Source: a virus. Taken from it: a stretch of 64,000 nt of DNA. How positions within the stretch are numbered: the first letter of the stretch is position 1; every line of letters begins with the position of its first letter. Of this stretch, positions 37,109 through 44,253 are shown in pieces. The DNA lies in IMG/VR virus record IMGVR_UViG_3300023202_000205, positions 64,001 to 128,000 of that record. One strand, 5' to 3'. A program made the position numbers and the translations under genes. A model generated the notes under the pieces. That model saw nothing but the letters and a program-made list of their open reading frames with translations. It was not told where the DNA came from and ran no database searches.

Positions 37109-37748
37109 CTTCGTGCTCCTTGTAAGGCCCCCATTTCTGAAGAGGGCAGCTCGCCTCTGCTAATGTGTTCTTAGCCTTGGAATAGCATCCACACTCTCGG
37201 CAGCGCCCTTTTTCTTCGTCCCAGGAGTCACAGGCATAGCACAGCTCCCACCGCTCACGTACAACCTCCTCTGGGGCTAATACCCTACCGGTCTTCGCCG
37301 CTTGCATCGTAGCCCGTGCGGCAGTACCGACAAGGGACGCTGCTTGTGTCAGTAATGGCGGGTACGCTTTCTTGGGTAGGGAACTTTTGCGCAGCTGCGT
37401 TACCATAATTGGGGTATCTTCGATCCCCATGATTTCAGCCTGGTAGTAGTCCCCCTTGAGCACCAGCGTCACCTCCGGCTCTACAGCGCCTGCTGCTTCA
37501 CGAAGCACCTGGGAAAAGGGCCTCCCGTCCTGCGAGTGTACCGGGTTGGTGCGCAGAACCTCGGCAAGGATGTCCTCACTCTCTGAGGCATCCTCATACT
37601 CGTAAATCTTGACCAGCTCATCGAATAGCTCGAAAGCCATCCACTGGAACGACTGCTCGATAGCTGTAGTCTCACCCATGCCAGACATTACCGGCTCTTT
37701 TCCACCCCCGCAAGTAGCAACCCCTTGTAAAACGCTTGAAGCAGTCAT
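37080..37748 (-). CDS. Protein with C-terminal Cys cluster (DUF6171-like)
   Basis: RWELCYACD...CRECGCY..AKNTLAEASCPLQKW. Confidence 0.7.
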   Translation of the reverse strand: MTASSVLQGVATCGGGKEPVMSGMGETTAIEQSFQWMAFELFDELVKIYEYEDASESEDILAEVLRTNPVHSQDGRPFSQVLREAAGAVEPEVTLVLKGDYYQAEIMGIEDTPIMVTQLRKSSLPKKAYPPLLTQAASLVGTAARATMQAAKTGRVLAPEEVVRERWELCYACDSWDEEKGRCRECGCYSKAKNTLAEASCPLQKWGPYKEHEDGTDRSTST

Positions 37749-37764
37749 AGCTAAGAAAAAGAAG

Positions 37765-37792
37765 ACGCCCCCGGCCAGCTGGCCGGGGGCGT
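37765..37792 (-). terminator. Rho-independent terminator
   Basis: Perfect 28-nt palindrome ACGCCCCCGGCCAGCTGGCCGGGGGCGT, followed on the minus strand by CTTCTTTTTCTT. Confidence 0.8.
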
Positions 37793-37814
37793 TAAGACTC
37801 TGAGCAATCTCAGG

Positions 37815-38021
37815 TCACTCTGGTAAGGCATCGCCCTCCTCGGCCTGAATGAAGTAGTCGCACTGGTCCATGCCCTCTCTCAGGAAAGTGGACGTGGCTA
37901 CCACCCGCAGAGGGTCGTGAGAAATCGCCCGTTGAAGAAAACGAAGGCACTGAGCGCTCTGAGGACAGTGGTTGTCGTGGCACCGACAGCGATCGGTGGG
38001 AAGTATGTACTTACTCGTCAC
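37815..38021 (-). CDS. Small Cys-rich phage protein
   Basis: DRCRCHDNHCPQSAQCLRF...CDYF. Confidence 0.65.
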   Translation of the reverse strand: MTSKYILPTDRCRCHDNHCPQSAQCLRFLQRAISHDPLRVVATSTFLREGMDQCDYFIQAEEGDALPE

Positions 38022-38715
38022 ACTTAAACTCCTGCGGGCGCCTTACCTGCTCGCGTGGCCTGTTTATAAGACCACTTATGGGGCGCAAATTCTTTGCCCG
38101 TACACGCCTAATACTCGTGAGCTTACTCTCTAACAAGCATATCTCGTCAAAGATATAAGCCATCGCCACCTTTTTAGCAGCTTTCAAAGTACGGAAAAAG
38201 ATGATGTCATTGACGTCACAGCCAACATGGTCGGATAGCCAATTCTCAACCCTCACATCAAATATACCCGAACTCAGCGTACTCCCCGTGTATATGGGTA
38301 GCTTACGACTACTACACGCGTTAATAAACGACTGAAAGTCAGTGTCGATACCGTACCCATCCTGGAAATCAGAGGGCAGAGCCTTCAACGATATTTCCGA
38401 AACAACCCAGTGAAGTTCTTGCTGCAAATAAATCGTCTCAGGTGCTTCGAGAGTTCGTATAGCTGGGACTCCCTCATCGAGCGATTCAAACTCTGACGCA
38501 ACTAATATAAAGGACACTTTCCCCGCAGGGATGCTATGCTTGATTCGCTTCGCTTGCAGTTTAGCCAACGCATCCCTGGAAGCCTGCTCGTGCTCTTGCT
38601 TCTTGAGCTCCTCCTCTCTTTTTTCCTTTTTCTGCCTACGCTTTAACTCCTGCTCCAGGTATGAGGTTTCATACTCCTTAATACTCTTAGCCATAGGGTG
38701 TCTCCAATTCGCCAT
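38011..38715 (-). CDS. Hypothetical protein with N-terminal coiled coil
   Basis: 234-aa ORF. Confidence 0.55.
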   Translation of the reverse strand: MANWRHPMAKSIKEYETSYLEQELKRRQKKEKREEELKKQEHEQASRDALAKLQAKRIKHSIPAGKVSFILVASEFESLDEGVPAIRTLEAPETIYLQQELHWVVSEISLKALPSDFQDGYGIDTDFQSFINACSSRKLPIYTGSTLSSGIFDVRVENWLSDHVGCDVNDIIFFRTLKAAKKVAMAYIFDEICLLESKLTSIRRVRAKNLRPISGLINRPREQVRRPQEFKCDE

Positions 38716-38729
38716 GAACTCGTTCTTCG

Positions 38730-38930
38730 TTATCCGTGATCCAAATTCTTGTCTTTTGTGTCACGCCACCGAGCCTCTACCGCCCTAGTAAAACAGCCTT
38801 CATGTGCCTGGGCTGGAAGCTTGGTGGCTAAGCGGACTCGCCACAAAGTAGGTTGGATCTCCTCGCCACAGATAAAACATGTGGCCCTTAATGGAGAACA
38901 CTCCATTTTGATAGGTACCTCGATCCCCAT
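38730..38930 (-). CDS. Small Zn-binding protein
   Basis: CFICG...HEGC. Confidence 0.55.
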   Translation of the reverse strand: MGIEVPIKMECSPLRATCFICGEEIQPTLWRVRLATKLPAQAHEGCFTRAVEARWRDTKDKNLDHG

Positions 38931-38960
38931 GGTAAACCCCCTTTTTACAGGCTAGGAAAA

Positions 38961-38976
38961 GTGTTCGCGTGAACAC
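38961..38976. promoter_or_regulatory. Palindrome copy GTGTTCGCGTGAACAC
   Basis: Intergenic. Confidence 0.75.
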
Positions 38977-38984
38977 TCACTCAA

Positions 38985-39629
38985 CTACTCCGCGTGTACA
39001 TACCCAGACCACGTCTCCGGCCACGCCGTGCCCAACTCAGCAACCCTGTCATAGTGGTGGCGTAAACTCAGAGCCACACAGCTACTTGCGAATACGTAAC
39101 TACCAATACCCCAACGCCTATCTTCAAGATAAACGTGATTTGATTCTATTCTGGCGATTGTCTGCGTACATTTCAGCGCGGCATCCATTGGTGGCGCCCA
39201 ATTGCTCCTACTGATTCCCGGCACTCTCCATTTGCGAGGATCGATAGCCATAACACTCTCATAAGAAAGAAAGTCTAAACCGCTATCGCCACTTGCGATT
39301 ACAGAATTATATCCAATAGGGACGTGACCCCATATAAACACCTTATCGCCCACCTTAAAGTAACCCGGTATTTCCCGCCGAGGGTCGAGCACCCTGCCGA
39401 AAAAAGCTGCATGTCCTTCCACATTGAAATAGACATTGGGGAAATGGGAACTCTTTACCGTTACAGGAGCAGGAGACTGCTCGGTCTCTCCTCGTGAGAA
39501 TCGAGCCCAGTCCCGAATGAACTTCGTTGAATCCTGAGTGTGCTGCTCCTCCATGCGTGAGCTATCACGAAAGCTTGAGATATAGTGAAAATCGGAGAAC
39601 TCCAAATGGGATGAAGCCGTATCTACCAT
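38985..39629 (-). CDS. Hypothetical protein, FIxxWxxxSRG paralog family
   Basis: KFIRDWARFSRG...FGRVLDPRREIPGYFKVGDKVFIWGH. Confidence 0.65.
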   Translation of the reverse strand: MVDTASSHLEFSDFHYISSFRDSSRMEEQHTQDSTKFIRDWARFSRGETEQSPAPVTVKSSHFPNVYFNVEGHAAFFGRVLDPRREIPGYFKVGDKVFIWGHVPIGYNSVIASGDSGLDFLSYESVMAIDPRKWRVPGISRSNWAPPMDAALKCTQTIARIESNHVYLEDRRWGIGSYVFASSCVALSLRHHYDRVAELGTAWPETWSGYVHAE

Positions 39630-39685
39630 TTTCCTTCCTTTCTACCGCCAGGTTCTGAGTCCTGCGCAGCCTGATGAATATGTTC

Positions 39686-40254
39686 TCAACCCCCTTTTAC
39701 CACCTCTTTGGGGTCCAGCGTGATCGGCCATTTATCGCCCAACTCTTCGACTCGTTTCAAATGAACATTGAGAGGTAGCGCTAAACAAGTCCCCACGAAG
39801 GACCACGACTCATAGTGGTTAAGTATGGCATAACCAGCCGCGTTTAACCCATCTGCTGACCCAATAACACAAAACATACCACAACACAGTCATTCATTTG
39901 TGGGTCCCAATTGTACCGTATGCACCGGCCCAGCCAGGTAGTAGGGGTAAAACTCCAGATATCACGTAACAAACAACTTTTTCCAGCAAGTACAGGTGAA
40001 GGAGGTGCAAAACTGTGGCCCCATACGAAGACCTCGTCGCCCGGTCTAAGATAACCTTTAATCAGCCTACGTGGGTCCAGCGGCCTACCAAAGACCTTTA
40101 CCCCAGCACCCGTAGTGTAAGTGACGTTTTCTCGGCCCAGCCCAGACGGTGGCGCCTCCTCCATTCCTCTCGAATAACGAGCCCACTTGTGAATGAACTC
40201 GATAGGTTTGGCCAGCTCTTCAAACTGCTTGACACTACTCACTACCACACCCAT
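39686..40254 (-). pseudogene. Frameshifted paralog of 38985..39629 (two frames: 39844..40254 and 39686..39877)
   Basis: The N-part (EFIHKWARYSRG..FGRPLDPRRLIKGYLRPGDEVFVWGH) and C-part (FVGTCLALPLNVHLKRVEELGDKWP) align to the two halves of the adjacent intact paralog. Confidence 0.65.
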
Positions 40255-40492
40255 GTACTCTTTCGGCCATAGAACCCATGACCAGGCTGAAATGGTGGCA
40301 GCACAGATAAGCTGTCAGATTGTGTATTCCAGTAGGTGCTGTCTGTTCCTCTCCTACTTTGTGCATCGCCGGTGCACCACAGCGCGGCTCTCCTTCGTCA
40401 GAGCGAAAATTGCACAATTCGCCCCGGCAGGTTGGATGTTGTTCATGCATCGCGTTCCCCCTTGTTGTGTAGTAAAAATGACGGGCTGCCAC
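40235..40492 (-). CDS. Small Cys/His-rich protein
   Basis: TC..ELC...RCGAPAMHKVGEE...YLCCHHF. Confidence 0.55.
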   Translation of the reverse strand: MAARHFYYTTRGNAMHEQHPTCRGELCNFRSDEGEPRCGAPAMHKVGEEQTAPTGIHNLTAYLCCHHFSLVMGSMAERVHGCGSE

Positions 40493-40660
40493 ACTTTATA
40501 CTGCGGCCCGCCGCGCAGCTCACTTAACACTGTTAGCAGGAGTGCATCCCGGCTCGCGCCGGTGTCATTGAACCAACAGTGCCCGCTCTACCATCACAAG
40601 TGTGGCTGGTGGATAGAGCGATTCAGCTCAAATTATATCCCTTTTATCGTAGATGCGCCA

Positions 40661-40981
40661 GTCACAGATACCAAACCTCTAAGCGGGCATAGCGAGGAGT
40701 ACCAGGGCCAGACGATCCACCTCGGCACCATAGTCAGTCACAGATACCAAGCCTCTGAGCGGGCATAGCGAGTGAGCGCGGGGTAGCTAACAGTCATTTA
40801 GGGGGCGTCACAGATACCAAGCCTCTGAGCGGGCATAGCGAGCACCCAACGGATCCCTCGTTCTCAGGCACAGTCACAGATACCAAGCCTCTGAGCGGGC
40901 ATAGCGAGCTCAGCACAGCGCTGGTCGGTGGGCGCCCGCTGGTCAGTCACAGATACCAAGCCTCTGAGCGGGCATAGCGAG
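40661..40981 (-). CRISPR. CRISPR mini-array, 5 repeats / 4 spacers, no cas genes in window
   Basis: 36-nt repeat GTCACAGATACCAAGCCTCTGAGCGGGCATAGCGAG at 40661 (2 mismatches), 40737, 40807, 40873 and 40946. Unique spacers of 40, 34, 30 and 37 nt. The degenerate repeat is on the left and a leader-like flank on the right, implying minus-strand transcription. Confidence 0.92.
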
Positions 40982-41052
40982 AGGGCCTTTATAACTAGGT
41001 TCATGGAACCGTGTTATATCGATATCCGCGAGAGCCCTCATCTCAGCTGATC
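40982..41052 (-). promoter_or_regulatory. Conserved CRISPR leader-like flank, copy 1
   Basis: About 70 nt, near-identical to 41757..41827; contains nested inverted repeats. Confidence 0.7.
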
Positions 41053-41173
41053 CTAGCACCCTTTAGATCACTGCAATATCTCCACCTAAACCACTATCAG
41101 CAAAGAACATCGAGCGCCTCCCAGGTTTTCCCGACCAGAAAGGCGCTCGAAACTTGCTGACAACCCTCACTCA

Positions 41174-41189
41174 GTGTTCACGCGAACAC
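41174..41189. promoter_or_regulatory. Palindrome copy GTGTTCACGCGAACAC
   Basis: Between the HTH gene and the CRISPR leader. Confidence 0.75.
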
Positions 41190-41258
41190 TTTCTGTTCGA
41201 GGAGGCTATGGACGATGGTGTGCGTGATGGCAGCGATCCGAGGATGGTTCGGGTTCTG

Positions 41259-41651
41259 CTAGAATAGTACAGATAATTTACCTATGAGGCGTCCGATCTC
41301 CTCCGCTGGCACACGCCAGAGGTGAGGTCCAAGCTTACGAGCTTCGATACGGCCGTCTCGAGCCATGCGACGAACAGTCTCCTCACAAAGGCCTAGAATC
41401 GTCGCCGTTTCTCTGATGGTATAGGCTGAGTCTGAAACGATACAGACATCCAGCTTCTGATGGGAAGGGAGCCACCGCCGATCACCAATGCGGACGATCA
41501 ACCCAAGCTTCTCCGGATTACCCCAGGCGGGTTCTGTGCCGCGCTCCCAGAGCGAATCCGTCATCGATTTGGCTGGATTTTGATAGACCGCCCTGACGAA
41601 CTCGGCTTCCAAGTCGCTCAGTAGGTCGTTTAGCAGAACTGCTCTGCTCAT
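41259..41651 (-). CDS. Excisionase-like HTH (HTH_17/MerR-type) DNA-binding protein
   Basis: C-terminal YTIRETATILGLCEETVRRMARDGRIEARKLGPHLWRVPAEEI; AAAGGAG Shine-Dalgarno sequence. Confidence 0.85.
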   Translation of the reverse strand: MSRAVLLNDLLSDLEAEFVRAVYQNPAKSMTDSLWERGTEPAWGNPEKLGLIVRIGDRRWLPSHQKLDVCIVSDSAYTIRETATILGLCEETVRRMARDGRIEARKLGPHLWRVPAEEIGRLIGKLSVLF

Positions 41652-41720
41652 AATGCACTCCTTTATTGGTTTGAGTTAATGGTTTACGTATGTCAGATAC
41701 GTCAGTGTCAGTCAGTGTCA

Positions 41721-41827
41721 ATCACAGATACCAAGCCTCTGAGCGGGCATAGCGAGAGGGCTCTTATAACTCGGCTCAGGGAACCGTGTTATATCGCTAT
41801 CCGCGAGAGCCCCCATTTCAGTCGACC
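41721..41827 (-). repeat. Solitary CRISPR repeat plus second leader copy
   Basis: Repeat at 41721..41756 (35/36 identical), followed by a flank homologous to 40982..41052. Confidence 0.9.
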
Positions 41828-42530
41828 CTAGCTTTATCCCCCTCGCCATGGGTTTCCCGCTCTCCTGCCAGATACAGCAGGTCTCGAACGGTGATGTGAA
41901 CAAACTCGCCGGGCCTGCCTTGTTCACGAGCCCAGTCGATAATCGACTGGATATGGTCAGGCCATTCCTGCTCTCCTTCAGTCTCCTCCGTCATAGTCTC
42001 GCTCTCTTTCGTGATAGGGCTCTGGATAAATGGCCAGGGTACATTTGACAATGGTGAACGGGGCTGACTTACCCGTTATACGCTCTTTGGCCAGCTCAAG
42101 CGCTTCTCCCTGTGTACGAGCGAACGTACCCCATCGGAACGCACCATGACTGGTAACAGCACAGTAACCGGGTACTGCCTGCTGCTTCACATATCCTTTC
42201 TTATACCGTGGTGGAATACTCATGCCTACACCTCCCGTACTTCTACTGGGAGAAACTAACCGGAAACTATCTGGTAGATTCCTCAACAATGTTTGGCCCC
42301 CAATGCGTCAAACCGCCTACCTTGGTAGATGCCTTCCACTTACCTCTGCTACGCTGCACCAACTTGTAGGCGCAGTCATCACAGATCAGTGCTTGAAGGT
42401 GGTCAGTATCGTTCCCACTTCCATACCCGAAGTGCATGGCGATTACACCTGCTTTAAAGAAACAACCGTCCTGGTGACAGGCGATGTGGTCTAGGCAGAG
42501 GACGCATTGTTCTTCTGTGGGTTGTCCCAT
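41818..42530 (-). other. Three small hypothetical ORFs (41818..42051, 41978..42289, 42267..42530)
   Basis: Tightly packed minus-strand ORFs; the last has two CxxC motifs. Confidence 0.5.
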
Positions 42531-42551
42531 GTGTGTATGTCCTATCGTGTG

Positions 42552-42950
42552 TTAGAATTGTTTCCCACCGTTCATGCGGGATCGGCTCTTGTTCATTCGA
42601 ATTTTAGCGAGAATGGCGTCGATCACGTTATGCCCACACCCCTCTGCGTGGTCGAGAATACGTATGATCGTATCAGCCAGCTCACTCTCAACAGACCGAA
42701 ACTCAGGTATCTTGTCATCGGGCGGATTCCCATGCCGAAGCCCTTCGAGAGCCTCCGACAGCTCGCTGTGATGGAGGGCAATCATCTCGCCCTCGTTTCG
42801 TTCTGCGTCCCAAAACCCCTTTTCCTTGGCAGTCTCGTGAATCTCCTCTTGAAGAGATCTTAGACCGAGCCGTATATGCTCATATCTGTAGGTATTCAGC
42901 ATGTCCTCCGTGAACCCCACTTCCTGTAGGTCGTCATCGAGTGGTCCCAT
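42552..42950 (-). CDS. MazG-like nucleotide pyrophosphohydrolase
   Basis: IALHHSELSEALEGLR...VESELADTIIRILD, the all-alpha NTP-PPase motif. Confidence 0.85.
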   Translation of the reverse strand: MGPLDDDLQEVGFTEDMLNTYRYEHIRLGLRSLQEEIHETAKEKGFWDAERNEGEMIALHHSELSEALEGLRHGNPPDDKIPEFRSVESELADTIIRILDHAEGCGHNVIDAILAKIRMNKSRSRMNGGKQF

Positions 42951-42959
42951 ACGTGTCTC

Positions 42960-43937
42960 CTAGTCCTCGTGATCAGCCTCCGCTGCCTTGGCAACGGTAA
43001 GCAGTTCGGTGATGAGTTCGAGCTTCTGCTTGTGGGCCTTCTTCAGGTAGGCGGGGGTACGGCGATCAGAGCGCTTGCGCAGGTCGGCGAGCATGTCAAA
43101 GGTGCCACTACCCATCGTTTGGGCCAACACACCTCCGATACCGTCTGCCTTACTGAGCAGATCAGCCGCGTAGGGCAACAATGTGAGAATCAGTGAGGTC
43201 ACGTCGTCTCGGAACATCTGCAGACGTCCTTCGATAGCATCTGCCAGCTCAGCATCTCCTTCTCCAGCTAAGGCTCGCGCAAGTAGCTCCTTGAGCTCAT
43301 CAGAGGTCTCCCACGCGAAAGCTTGGTACCTGCGCTGGCCTGTAACGACCCCTATCGAAGTAAGCCACCCCTGAAGGGTACGCGCCGTCTCAAGGGCGTG
43401 CACGACGGCAGGCTGCTTGCGTGCCTCGACCTGCGCACGATAGACAGCCATAGCCCGCTCCTTGTCCATCGCGCGTGCTACGGCGGCAAAGAAGTCACCA
43501 CTGATTGTATTATCAACTCCCCGCTTGGTTGCCTGCTTCTTAACAACCAACCGCCCCTTCTGGGCAAGCATCCAACCACAGCCCTCGGGAACCTCATCAG
43601 CTGCATTGACGACACCGGGCGCTGTGACGTACCAGAACATGTGACTATTGTCCATGAACCACGCGTTCTTATGGGGATTGTTGATTTCGCTCAAGAAATC
43701 ACTACGGCTGACCTTGACCTCAAAGGCCTCACGATGGATACCGTCACTTGGCCACATGCTGAATACCATAGCGTCGATCCACGTCGACTTGTGTGCAAAC
43801 CCTGTCGCCGGCGCTACCTGTTCGACGAAGACGTAGCGCTTCGAGTTGCCGTTGCCGGTCTTGTCGTAGCGCTCGCGCAGGAGGTCGATGACCTCCTCGG
43901 CCGTCCACTTATGCTTCTTGGCTTTGGCCATTTGCAC
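42960..43937 (-). CDS. MmcB-like PD-(D/E)xK nuclease-fold protein
   Basis: WIDAMVFSMWPS...AFEVKVSRSDFLSE...FWYVTAPGVV..DEVPEGCGWM. Confidence 0.8.
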   Translation of the reverse strand: MQMAKAKKHKWTAEEVIDLLRERYDKTGNGNSKRYVFVEQVAPATGFAHKSTWIDAMVFSMWPSDGIHREAFEVKVSRSDFLSEINNPHKNAWFMDNSHMFWYVTAPGVVNAADEVPEGCGWMLAQKGRLVVKKQATKRGVDNTISGDFFAAVARAMDKERAMAVYRAQVEARKQPAVVHALETARTLQGWLTSIGVVTGQRRYQAFAWETSDELKELLARALAGEGDAELADAIEGRLQMFRDDVTSLILTLLPYAADLLSKADGIGGVLAQTMGSGTFDMLADLRKRSDRRTPAYLKKAHKQKLELITELLTVAKAAEADHED

Positions 43938-44253
43938 CCTCTCTCTTGAGCTCGCCCAGGATCCGCTTGGCGATCGATGTTGGGTTGGCGTTCACGCCAT
44001 GCGTCCCAATCGCTGATTTCACGCCATTGGCAATAGCTGCCAAGCTGAATGGCCCTGTCAGACACCTGACGGCCGCCTTAGCTGCTTCTTTGGTCAACTG
44101 TCTCGGGCCCGAGAATCTACAGTTCGGGCACTCCAACTGCCAGGTAGCAGGGTTCACCGGGTGGTTCAGTATCAGGTCAAAGGTCAGCGGGAACCCGTGC
44201 GCGTTGAAGGCATGCGTGACCATATCAGCGTTGCAGTGCGGGCATTTCATCAC
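43909..44253 (-). CDS. Zn-ribbon protein
   Basis: MKCPHC...LECPNC. Confidence 0.6.
   Translation of the reverse strand: MMKCPHCNADMVTHAFNAHGFPLTFDLILNHPVNPATWQLECPNCRFSGPRQLTKEAAKAAVRCLTGPFSLAAIANGVKSAIGTHGVNANPTSIAKRILGELKREGANGQSQEA

Noticed and set aside
40193-40768. 191-aa plus-strand ORF running into the CRISPR array
   Set aside because: It translates the repeat and spacer and lies antisense to real genes; not a cas gene.
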